Source of the DNA: Octopus vulgaris
Taxonomy: Eukaryota
Direction of reading: 5' to 3'
Assembly (NCBI GenBank): GCA_951406725.2
Contig: OX597814.1
Location: 141,174,001 to 141,238,000, forward strand
DNA: 64,000 nucleotides
Below, piece after piece: positions 28,312 through 40,150 of this stretch (its first letter is position 1; the number at the start of each line of letters is the position of its first letter). The position numbers and the translations under genes were made by a program. The notes under the pieces are model-generated. The model was not told where the DNA came from. It saw nothing but the letters and a program-made list of their open reading frames with translations, and made no database searches.

Positions 28312-29017
28312 CAATAATAGTTCCCTATTAAAGGTTACTTTAGTTTAATATTAAATTTAGTTTAGAGTATTATATATATTTAGTTATGTAGTCTAGGCTT
28401 TAATTATAGTTAGTCTTTAATTGATATTTCTTTGTTTTAATTAGTTCATTTTTAATGTATATTAATATATAACAGTTTATGGTACGTTAAAACTTTAATA
28501 ATTTATATTAGATTTATTTTCTTTTCTTTACTTATTTATTTATTTTATTTTATTCTGTATTTTTATTATGTATATGTTATATGTATATTTGAGGATATAT
28601 TCTTATGGATGATTGGGTGTATTTAGTGGTGTATATATTGAGTTTTGTATGTATGTGTGAATGTTTACGATCCCTTTGTATTTTATTTGGTATGTTGAAT
28701 TGACAGTTTTTATTTGGGTATTGTCTGTTATAATACACGTTTATATAGATATTTGGGTGATTGTCCGTGAATATGTAGGTATGGGTGTGTATGTATGTGT
28801 GCGTGTGTACAAGTGCAAGTGTAGATGCGGGAGTGTATGAGTGCTATGTAATTGAGTGGGATTATTTATGCACTTGTATACATGAATGTTTTGAAAGTGC
28901 GTGTGTTTGCACCTGTCTGCGTGTACACACTCATATATAAATATAAATATATTAATATTTATTTACTTTTTTGAAAGACTGTTTCTTATATATATGTGTA
29001 TGTGATGTTATGTGTGA

Positions 29018-29052
<35 letters not shown>

Positions 29053-31138
29053 TTATATATATATATGTTTATGTTTGTATATGTATTTATTTAATAATTT
29101 ATTGAGTGTGGGAATGAATATATTGGTGTATAAATCGAGGTTTGTACGTATGTATATGTTTGTGAGAGTGTGTATATGGTTATGTTTGTGGGTGTGTGTA
29201 TATATGTGTGTGTATTTGTGTGTATTGTTTTTTGGTAAGGGGTTTTATTTGTATGTATGGATTTCATTTATCATGATTATTTTATTTAGAATTTTTTAGT
29301 ATTTTAGTCCCCATGCATTATGGCTTGGTTTGTTGCTCATGGTAGTTTTTTTATTGGGTATTGTCTTGTAGCCATTTATACGTATATTTGGATGTCTAGG
29401 AGAGTGTCCGTGAATATGTATGTTGCATGGGTGTGTGTGTATGTGTGCGCGTGTATAAGTGCATGTGTAGATTTGGGAGTGCATGGTGCTATGTAAAAGT
29501 GTGTGCTTGTGTATGCACTTGTATACATGCATGATTGATGTGCGTGAGATTGCACCCATTTTTAAGGATGTATATGTTTATTTATCTGTATGGGTGTGGG
29601 AGTGAATTTTTGGTGTATATATCGAGGTTTATACGTATGTATAGGTATGTGTGAGTGAGGTGGGTATTTGTATATGTCGTGGGTGTGTGGTTTACGTGTG
29701 TGTATTTGTGTGTGAATGTATAGGTTAGGGGGATTGCTATATAGGTATGTTATAGTGTTTAGTAAAGGGAGGTTTTATCATTATATGTATTTATGAGTTT
29801 TAGTTTATCATGGTAGTTTTATTAAAGAATTTGTAGTAATTTATGTCTATTTATGATGTTTGTTATTTTATCACATTATTCCATTCATAATTTTTAAGTA
29901 ATGTTCGTTTACCACGTGAATATAATTTTTAATTCCATTTATTCCATTCATAATTTTAAATGACGTTCGTTTCCAGAGCGCGTATACTTTTTATACATAT
30001 GTTAGGTTCTTATGGTAACGTAATTTTGTTTGACGTTTTTAACGGCTAGAGTTTAATTTCACTTCATAAATTGAAACTGATTTGAAAGTATGTATATTTT
30101 TTTCTCCTTATGTTAATCTTGTTACTTATGATATTCTGGTTACTTATGAAGTATTTTATATTTCGTATTATGTGTAGTAATGTTGTTTTTCTTTTGAGTG
30201 TTTATGTATGTGTGAATGTGTGTGTGTGCGTGCGTATTTTAGTTGTGTAATTTATTTATCTGTATGAGTGTGGGTGTGAACATATTGTTGTATATATCGA
30301 GTTTAGTACGTATGTATATGTATATGTGAGGGGGTATAAGTATATGTTGTGTGTGTGTGTTTTACGTATGTATATTTGTGTGTGAATGTATATATGGAGA
30401 TTGCTATATAGGTATAATTGTGTATGGTAAAGGGAGTTTTATTATTATATGTATATGGGTTTCATTTATCATGATGGTTTATTAATGATTTGTAGTAAAT
30501 TCTGTATATTTAAGTTGATTATATATTATTCCATTCATAATTTAAAAAAAAAAACGTTCGATCACCACGTGCAAAGAATTGTTTATTTTGCTTTTGAGTG
30601 TTTATGTATGTGTGAATGTGTGTGTGTGTGTGTGTGGGATTATTTGCGTAATTTATTTATCTGTATAGATGTGGGTGTGAATATATTGGTGTATATATCG
30701 AGTTCTGTATGTTTGTATATGTATGTGTGAGCGGGTATACGTATATTGTTTATGAATGTGGGTTGTATGTGTGTGTGAGGGAGTATGAATAAGTATTGTG
30801 TTGAAGTATTTGGCTATTTTATTTATTTATCGTTGCCTAGACGTTTTTATGTGTATGTATAAGGATATATATATATATAGGTGTGTGAGTTAGTGTATGT
30901 ATTTAGATATGGTTATATATACTTAGTTATATGTGTATGGGTGTATATATAGTTTGTTTTTATTTTGTTTTATATTTAATTGTTGATAGGTTTATTTTAG
31001 TTTATATATTGATTATATATGGATTATATATAGGTTATATATAGATTATATATTTATATTTTTTCATTGATACTTTAATTATTTTAAAATTATTTTTTAT
31101 ACTTATATTTTAAAATATTGATATTTTAGATCGGAAAT

Positions 31139-31181
31139 CCACCTGAAGATTGTCGATCAAGACATGAAACAATTGTAGTGG
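31139..31181 (+). ncRNA. Minimal type I hammerhead ribozyme in PLE 3' terminus
   Basis: ccac CTGAAGA t tgtc gatcaa gaca t GAAA caattg TA gtgg; palindromic stem III; predicted cleavage after GUA at 31177. Confidence 0.8.
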
Positions 31182-31272
31182 CGGTTTTTTTACTTTTTAT
31201 TAAAATTTTATGTATTGATTAAGTCTTTCCTTGTTTGTTTTGCAAAATAGTGGTTTTGTCTCTAATTAATAT

Positions 31273-31335
<63 letters not shown>

Positions 31336-31372
31336 AAAAAAGGAGATGTCGAACACGAGTGGTGATATATAA

Positions 31373-31636
31373 AAAAGGAAATGAAGAAAATGCTGACAAA
31401 TAATTGAAGTAATTTAAGTAATTTAATTAGGTGAAAGTTCTTTTTACCGGTTGCGCATTTGTTATGCTTATCAAAATATAAAAGAGAGATTAGAGTTCCT
31501 TTCTAGAAAGGAACTCTAATCTCTCTTTTATATTTTGATAAGCATAACAAATGCGCAACCGGTAAAAAGAACTTTCACCTAATTAAATTACTTAAATTAC
31601 TTCAATTATTTGTCAGCATTTTCTTCATTTCCTTTT
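31373..31636. repeat. Perfect 264-bp spacerless palindrome between (TA)n tracts (probable fold-back PLE tail)
   Basis: Centred on ttct|agaa (31504/31505); arms match base for base as far as I can read. Confidence 0.92.
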
Positions 31637-31643
31637 ATATATA

Positions 31644-31697
<54 letters not shown>

Positions 31698-31709
31698 GTG
31701 TGCATGTGT

Positions 31710-31910
31710 ATGCTTGTGTGTCTGTGTTTGTACCCCCATCATCGCTTGACAACCGATTTTGGTGCGTTTACGTCCCCGTAACTTAGCAGCTCGGCACAAG
31801 AAAACTATAGAATAAGTACTAGGCTTACAAAGAATAAGTCCTAGGGTAGATTTGCTCAACTAAAGGCGGTGCCCCATCATGGCCGCAGTCAAATGACTGA
31901 AACAAATAAA
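31710..31910 (+). mobile_element. SINE family A, 3' half
   Basis: tgtgtctgtgtttg...catcgcttgacaaccg...cagtcaaatgactgaaacaa; completes the 25910 half. Confidence 0.85.
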
Positions 31911-31977
31911 ATATTATTAATGCGTTTTATCACTGTTATCTTGAGGAAGAATATGACCAAGTATTTATTTACACAGT

Positions 31978-32283
31978 GGAGGCGCAATGGCCCAGTGGTT
32001 AGGGCAGCGGACTCGCAGTCGGAGGATCGCGGTTTCGTTTCCCACACCGGGCGTTGTGTTTGTGTTTACTGAGCGAAAACACCTAAGACTCCACGAGGCT
32101 CCAGCAGGAGGTGGTGGCAACCCCTGTTGTATTCTTTCGCCCCAACTTTCTCTCACTCTTTCTCCCTGTTTCTTGAGTAACGCAACGATGGACTGGTGTC
32201 CCGTCCAGCTGGGGTGAACACATACGCCACAGAAACCGGGAAACCGGGCCCATGAGCCTGGTTAGGCTTGAAAAGGCACATAA
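31978..32283 (+). mobile_element. SINE family C head with an alternative (V-domain-like) tail
   Basis: Same head as 5881; tail cgatggactggtgtcccgtccag...gaaaccgg; 11-bp TSD tatttacacag (31966-31976, 32284-32294). Confidence 0.85.
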
Positions 32284-32909
32284 TATTTACACAGATTATA
32301 TCAGTGATGTCTACCTACTCATGATACTTATTTACAACTAGTTTGAGTTGAGCCAGCGAATGTAAAGTATTTTCTGGCCATTGACACAGCGCAATGCTAG
32401 TGACGGTGTAGGCCCTACACTACCAGAACTGCAAAACTCCCGCAAGGATGTTTGACATCACAATAACTAGGCGGAATATATGCTTTCAGATTCAAATAAA
32501 ATATTTAAACACATACACCCTTTACATAAATTAATATCTCTCTATCACATTCTCACATACCTGTGCGCGTATATAGATATGCATACATGTATACGTATAA
32601 ACATACACACATATAAAAATACACATACATACATGCATACATGCATACATGCATACATGCATACATGCATACATGCATGCATACATACAAATATATATAT
32701 TATAATTAAGGGTTAAGCAACAAGCTGCTTCACCACATACCGAAAATTTAGAAATAGCAGCCAAATACAGCTTATTCCTTTTTACTACAGATATTACTCC
32801 ACAGATAACAATATTTGTAACTCACATAGGCAAAAGAAGAAAAATAACGAAATCAAACAGTCTTCGATTAATTGTGGACGCGTTTTTGGGTTAGAATTCT
32901 ATATATATA

Positions 32910-33102
32910 AGTCGCCATGATAGATCGGTAGCCACGACACACATTTTTTTTCTCTCCTTGTGTTTTTTTTTCTGTGTTCCTTTCTGTAGAAGAGCGTAGG
33001 CTCGAAACGTAAAAGACTTTTTCTATTCCTGAGCGTTATACTAATGCAGCTATTTGTTTTTTACACCACCTGTCTTCGACTTTTGTTTTTTTCGTGAACT
33101 CT

Positions 33103-33105
<3 letters not shown>
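32910..33105 (+). mobile_element. Solo Neptune-type PLE 3' tail with hammerhead-like motif (32980-33015)
   Basis: Homologous to the reverse complement of 2803-2990; cttt CTGTAGA A GAGC gtag GCTC GAAA CG TA aaag; TA runs on both sides. Confidence 0.8.
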
Positions 33106-33167
<62 letters not shown>

Positions 33168-33198
33168 TTATACATGATATATATATACATTTATACGT

Positions 33199-33254
<56 letters not shown>

Positions 33255-33939
33255 TGTGCGTGTGAGTGTGTGTGTATATATAATGGGAAACTATCTATCA
33301 TTATATATTTATAGGTGTACACCTCCACCACAACACACAGCAGTGCAATGAAAACAAAAACAAAAACACAGCAAAAAACAATTATAATGTTATGGTAAAA
33401 AAAATCATTTTGGAACTTCGATTGATTTTCATGCACTTACATGTCAAGTGCTCAGTTATTTGTTGACGAAAAAATTTAACGGAAGCTAAAACTTCGGAAA
33501 TCGTTAGTCCGGAGTTTTGTTCAATTTTCTGTCGTTTATGGAAAATGGAAGAAATTTTGGATTAAGCATATAAGTACAGAGTGTTGAATATCATAACATG
33601 CCCTGATTGGATGAAATAGGACAAAAAGGATCTTAGTCATTGAGAAGGTAACACTTATCTAAAATATATAGGGAACAGGTTCCAAAAAGGGAAGGTGAAA
33701 TTAAATAAAACGATAGATATCGGCATATGAAAAATATGACAAACCATGAAAGACATGTTTATGTATGTATATAACTATACATGTATGTGTGTGTGTATGT
33801 AATTATGTATATGTATGTGTATTTACATACATATATATGTGCATGCATATATATATATAACAAAATAGAAAGAAACAACTACAAAAGACTTGTATTATAT
33901 GGTTAAAAAATATATTAAAATCGTTATGTTAGGGAAACG

Positions 33940-34104
33940 TTATAAAATTTTGTGAAAGAAATCTAGCTGTTTCTTGCAATAGATACATCTATAACAACCT
34001 TTTTTCATAGACCCATAAAATAATAGTGGACTCTTTTGTTTATGTGGACCCTCCAAAACATATGGGCCCCCAATGGTCATATGGACCCCAGTTGAGAACC
34101 ACTG
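33940..34104. mobile_element. hAT (Charlie-like) MITE end
   Basis: Terminus ccccagttgagaaccactg is the reverse complement of CAGTGGTTCTCAAC; partner TIR not found. Confidence 0.55.
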
Positions 34105-34601
34105 ATTTTTTGATTGATCTCCATCGTACCATAAACGCAAAAGGGTTAAGAGCTATTGGCTCAGGGCTTTGTTACGATGTTTTACGTTTATTAATATCAT
34201 ATGTTAAAGAGCGTATAATCAACCGCTAGAATGTCTGCATCAGTGAATAGCTAATGATACATTATCATATAAATTAAAATTTCCTTGAAGGAATTAAATC
34301 TAAGTATTATATTGATTCCAATTAATAAATGAATGACAAATGGACAGGAGTCGCATAATTGCTTTCATTAGCTTACAGCTGTTTCTGCTATAGCGAATAA
34401 TAAACGTGCTTCCAGAACTGAGTGCTAGTGAGGCATCCCTTTCGTATTATTACTCTCATAGCAAGGCAGCGAGCTGGCAGAGTTGTTAGCACGTTGGACG
34501 AAATGCTTAGCGGTATTTCGCCCGTCGCTACGTTGAGCCCCCACCCCAAATTTCAGGCCTCGTGCCTATAGTTGAAGGGATTTATTATTATTATTATTAT
34601 T

Positions 34602-34643
<42 letters not shown>

Positions 34644-34665
34644 TTCATCATCATCATCATTATTA

Positions 34666-35045
34666 TTGAGTGAGAGAGCAGTGCATGCCATCAAAGTGAC
34701 ACTGGGGTAAAATATACGAAGCCCAATATACACATCATGACTACCCGTCTGATAAAGGTACACCAGGCACATGCATCACAACCATATGTGCGCGACATGG
34801 TGATCTCATATCAAGATAAACAGCACATGACCTTGCAGGTGGGGCCCAGTTAGAATTTTCTTCATGTTGAGTAGCCCATCCCGCTCAAAAGGTCCCTGAA
34901 TAAGGGTTGTTTAAGGATGTTGAAAGAACCATCCATGTTTCCAGAGGTGAATTATTCAAACCCCAAAGAATCCCTCTCAACACATGGCTATGATGCTCCC
35001 CCACTACTTCTGCTCGTGATCAGAGATGCACATATCGTCAGCCAT
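34666..35045. repeat. Unclassified interspersed repeat in a (TCA/TTA)n context
   Basis: GC-richer non-coding block bounded by TTA runs and next to an R4/Dong tail; may be a related 3' UTR or SINE. Confidence 0.35.
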
Positions 35046-35049
35046 ATTA

Positions 35050-35346
35050 TTCAGTAGTTTTATTTTTATAGCGTGCTTTCACTTCACTACCGAGCGCATC
35101 TCTGTGTGCCTTGGGTATGTGCTGTGATGTGTTGTGATGCTCTGATGGTTATTGTATGGAAAGTGTTCTGCGTAGGATGTGTGCAGTGCCTAGTAGTGCA
35201 ATTTTCTGTATGTTATATGTGTTTGTTAGTCCTGGAGTTTTTGTTATGTATTTGTCTGAATATTTTTTTATCATGCCTAATGCACCTACTATGATAGGGA
35301 TTGTTTCGCTTTTTAGATTCCGCATTCTGGTTACCTCTATTTCCAG

Positions 35347-35348
<2 letters not shown>
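35050..35348 (-). mobile_element. R4/Dong-like LINE 3' fragment
   Basis: Minus strand LEIEVTRMRNLKSETIPIIVGALGMIKK...IQKIALLGTAHILRRTLS; abuts (TTA)n. Confidence 0.85.
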
Positions 35349-35423
<75 letters not shown>

Positions 35424-35639
35424 TTTAAGGTGGTGAGCTGGTAGAGTTGTTAGCACGCAGGACGAAATGCTTAGCGGTATTTCGCCCGTCGCTACGTTCT
35501 GAGTTCAAATTCCACCGAGCTCGACTTTGTTTCTCATCCTTTCAGGGTCGATAAATTAAGGATCAGTTGCGTATTGGGGTCGATCTAATCAACTAGCCCC
35601 TACCCCAAATTTCAGGCCTCGTGCCTATAGTAGAAAGTA

Positions 35640-35743
<104 letters not shown>

Positions 35744-36044
35744 GGCGGGGAGCTGGCAGAGTTGTTAGCACGCTGGGCGAAATGCATAGCAGTATTTCGC
35801 CCGTCACTACGTTCTGAGTTCAAATTCCGCCGAGGTCGACTTTGCTTTTCATCCTTTCAGGGTCGATAAATTAAATCCTAGTTGCGTACTGGTGTCGAGC
35901 TAATCGACTGCCCCCCCCCCACACCAAATTTCAGGTCATGTGCCTATTGTAGAAAGGATTATTATTCGCATAGAAAATGGGTCTTCTTTAAGAATTCTGT
36001 TTAACGATATATTTGTTCTTGTTATTCGTTAAATCTTTGATTCA

Positions 36045-36440
36045 TTTACTTATTTTAGTCATTTGACTGTGGCCATGTTGGAGAATCGTTTTGAGAGGTT
36101 TTAGTCGAAAGAAACGACCCCTCATTCTATCGTTTTCTATTACCGAACTGCTAAGCTATGGGGACGTAAACGTACCAACACCAGTTGTCAAGCAGTGATG
36201 GGGGGGGGGGGACAAACATAGACACAAAGTTATAACACAACACACACACATACACATACACGATGGGCTTCTTTCAGTTTCCGTCTACCAAATCCACTGA
36301 TGAGGCTTTAGTGTCCCGAGGTTATGGTAGAAGACAGGGGTCTTTTCTGTTTGGCTGTACTTGTAGAAATTTCGAAGTTTATTGAAAATCTTAAAATTTG
36401 CACGCTATGGGACTGAACCTGGAACCATGTGGTTGGTAGT
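36045..36440 (-). mobile_element. SINE family A (diverged, interrupted)
   Basis: gtcatttgactgtggccatg...ggcttctttcagtttccgtctacc...gggactgaacctggaaccatgtggttgg. Confidence 0.8.
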
Positions 36441-36756
36441 ATTTTTTTTTCATATATTTTATGCCATTTCTGCTTTGGAAATATGCTTGGCATAAAGTTA
36501 TACATATAGCATGCTACATAGAGAAGAATTGTCCTAGTGAGTCATTTCAGCGATGTCAATTTTGATTCCTCTTTTCGGCCACTTAGAGTTTACTAAAAAT
36601 AACAGCCAGATCTCCCTCAAATTACGCCCTACTGTCTCGATAGAAGGTTGTGTTGAGTGATGTAATAATAAATATACAAAACGATAGGATGTTCACGACT
36701 GGAACGAATTTAATCATGTGTGATCTAGCAAACCTGGCCCGAAGAAGCAAGACAGC

Positions 36757-37580
36757 AACGACGACGACGACGAGGGCGATGGCGACGACGAGGGCGATGG
36801 CGACGACGACGGCGATGGCGACGACGAGGGCGATGGTGACGACGACGAGGGCGATGGCGACGACGAGGGCGATGGCGACGACGACGAGGGCGATGGCGTC
36901 GACGAGGGCGATAGCGACGACGAGGGCGATGGCGACGACGAGGGCGATGGCGACGACGAGGGCGATAGCGACGACGAGGGCGATGGCGACGACGAGGGCG
37001 ATGGCGACGACGAGGGCGATAGCGACGACGAGGGCGATGGCGACGACGAGGGCGATGGCGACGACGAGGGCGATGGCGACGACGAGGGCGATAGCGACGA
37101 CGAGGGCGATGGCGACGACGAGGGCGATGGGCGACGACGAGGGCGATGGCGACGACGAGGGCGATGGCGACGACGAGGGCGATGGCGACGACGAGGGCGA
37201 TGGCGACGACGAGGGCGATGGCGACGACGAGGGCGATGGCGACGACGAGGGCGATGGCGACGACGAGGGCGATAGCGACGACGAAGGCGATAGCGACGAC
37301 GAGGGCGATGGCGACGACGAGGGCGATGGCGACGACGAGGGCGATGGCGACGACGAGGGCGATGGCGACGACGAGGGCGATGGCGACGACGAGGGCGATG
37401 GCGACGACGAGGGCGATGGCGACGACGACGAGGGCGATGGCGACGACGACGAGGGCGATGGCGACGACGATGAGGGCGATGGCGTCGACGAGGGCGATGG
37501 CGACGACGAGGGCGATGGCGACGACGAGGGCGATGGCGACGACGAGGGCGATGGTGACGACGAGGGCGATGGCGACGACA
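36757..37580. repeat. GC-rich 18-bp minisatellite (GACGACGAGGGCGATGGC)n, roughly 45 units
   Basis: Direct reading; occasional 21-bp and GATAGC variant units. Confidence 0.95.
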
Positions 37581-38228
37581 GCGGTGGAGGCAATTTAGCG
37601 ATGACGACGACGAAGATGACAATAACGAAAATTACAACGACTACGATGAGAACGCCGCCGCCGACGACGACGACAGCGACTGCGATGACGATAATAACGA
37701 CTGCAACGATGACGGCGACGCTAACGAGAATTACAATGACGAGGTTTACAACGACGACGACGACGACGACGATACAGCTACAATATAAGGCCCTTTATTC
37801 TTTGATTTCAATGAGATCAAACACCCATTCAAGGAAACTGCTGATTATGAATAGTTAAACGAAAAATTCAGATTTTTAGATGTTTGCTTCACTTCATATC
37901 TCTTGTGTTTTCTAATACATAAACAGTTTATTGGTTTATCAGTGTACCGACATATTCATCTATCTGTGTGTATAGAATATTGATGATGCGGGAACATATC
38001 TGTTCAATTTTATAGATTTGTTTTCGTTAACAAACGCCATTGCTAAAATTTTCCAATGTCAACACTATACGGCATTTATCGTTGTTTGGCTGTGTAACAA
38101 TTTAAAATATCATAAATGATTAGTTATTTATTTACTGCGGTCGCCTACAACAATTTGTGACGTAGGAAACAGATGCACGATTGTTTGTCAAGATTTAAAA
38201 ATAATCACTTACAAGCTAGTTTGATTAC

Positions 38229-38311
<83 letters not shown>

Positions 38312-38627
38312 CTATTATCATTATTACTAGTAGTATTGTTATTAAGCGGCAAGCAGGCAGAATCAATCGTTGGCACGATAGTCGGGTGTCGTTGTTAGAA
38401 ATTACAATTTGAGTTGCAACTAAGGCGGCAAGCTGACAGAATCAGCAAAATGCTTAGTAGCGTTTCGTCCGTCTTCGTGTTCTGTGTTCAAATTCCACCG
38501 AGGTCGACTTTACCTTTCATCCTTTCGAGGTCGATAAAAAATGTAATCGACTCGCCCCTCTTCTAAAATGGCTGGTCTTGTATCAAAATTTGAATCCATC
38601 ATCATCATCATTATTATTATTATTATT

Positions 38628-39200
38628 TCTTTTTATCTCAGGTTTTACTGGAACTTCCATGCGTAGAGGGCTCTACTTCCATGCGTAGAGAACTTCCATG
38701 CGTAGAGGGCTTGCTGCCTGCAGCCTACGGTACGATGCATGATATCTGTTCTTTTCAACTATCTAATACTTGTCTGATTATTCTGGCTGTGCCAAGGAGA
38801 CAAACCTTTTGTTATAGATCTACTGGGCACTCTATTCCAGTTTCCTATATATTCCCCTTGATGCCTTCTGATACTGTTCCCAAAGACCCAGCAATAATTG
38901 GCACTATCTTCACCTTCTTTTTCCATAGCCGGGCTATTTCGTACTTAAGAGGGTTGTATTTATTTATCTTTTCGCCTCCCTTCTTGACTATTCGTGGGTC
39001 AAAGGAGCATGCAACATCAACAATATAGCATATGTGGTGCACCAGTAGGTCCGGTCTGTTATGTTCTAGCATCTGATTTGTTTGGATTAGGAAATCCCAG
39101 AGGATTTTACAAGTCTCTGGCTCTGCTACTCTCTGCATGGGAAACTGCCAGGTTTTCATATAGAAACCTTGTCCAGATCTTCACATACAGATGCGGATAA
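38628..39200 (-). mobile_element. R4/Dong-like LINE 3' fragment
   Basis: ILWDFLIQT...HNRPDLLV...IVDVAC..EKINKY..L..EIARLW...VPIIAGSLG...QKVCLLGTARIIRQVL; 3' end abuts (TTA)n. Confidence 0.88.
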
Positions 39201-39294
39201 ATGGTCAAGAATGACTGACAGAGGCCCCTAAATGATCCACACCTGGAGTCCTGCTCACATTTCTGAGATGGTGGTGGTGGTGGTGTTGCAACTA

Positions 39295-39339
<45 letters not shown>

Positions 39340-39532
39340 GCTACTGCTGCTGCTGCTTTTGCTGCTGCTGAGGCTGCTACTGCTGCTTTTGCTGCTGTAT
39401 ACATGCACATGCGAACTCACACACATCCAAAATAGCATCCAAATATGTAATTTATCTGATAACTGGCAAAAATTGACTTACCGATACTATATTAGAGTTT
39501 ACAGATATACAGTTTACACACACGCACACGCA

Positions 39533-39580
<48 letters not shown>

Positions 39581-39769
39581 CTCTCTCTGTCTTCTACCTT
39601 GACCGCAATAAAAACTACTCATCTGAACTTAAATATTCTCTCCAAGCCGTCAACGTCGTCATTGGCTTTATCTCATATCAGGAATTTATTTTCTTCAAAA
39701 CTGAACGTTTCCTTTATGCCGATGGCGTTGATGACTCTGTAGACCAATTCCTGCATAGAAGAGTCGAGG

Positions 39770-40150
39770 ACAATGGCTGCATGTCAATGTTGGTGGAGGA
39801 CGAGGTTGATTTCTATCAAGCCTTTTTCTCCTGTCTTCCATTTCTCTTTCGGTGGCTTTGAAGTTTTGGTCCCGATGGTACGGTCTCAGGCTTGTGTTAC
39901 AGACGATTTGGGTTCAATTCTAGTGGATTTCAGAGTTACTTTGAGTTGGTCCTTGTATCTTTGTAGAGGACAACCCCGTGGTTTTCTTCCTGAAGTGAGC
40001 TCACTGAATAAAACTTGGCATGGGAACCCTGACTCTTCCATTCCTGTTACATGTCTTGACCATCTAAGACGGTGTTTCAAGATCAGCGATTCGATACTTT
40101 GACTGTTGGCTTTTGCCAAGACTTTGTTGTTGGTAACATAGTGTTCCCAT
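39770..40150 (-). mobile_element. RTE/BovB-like LINE 3' fragment
   Basis: SIESLILKHRLRWSRHV..M...P.QVLFSEL..GRKPRGCP..RYKDQLK. Confidence 0.85.

Larger units (their letters stand above)
26131..31277 (+). mobile_element. Penelope-like element, Hydra-clade-like, probably 5'-truncated, inserted in (TA)n
   Basis: Bounded by (TA)n at 26059-26130 and ~31276-31332; RT-EN ORF, long 3' UTR, terminal hammerhead. Confidence 0.88.
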
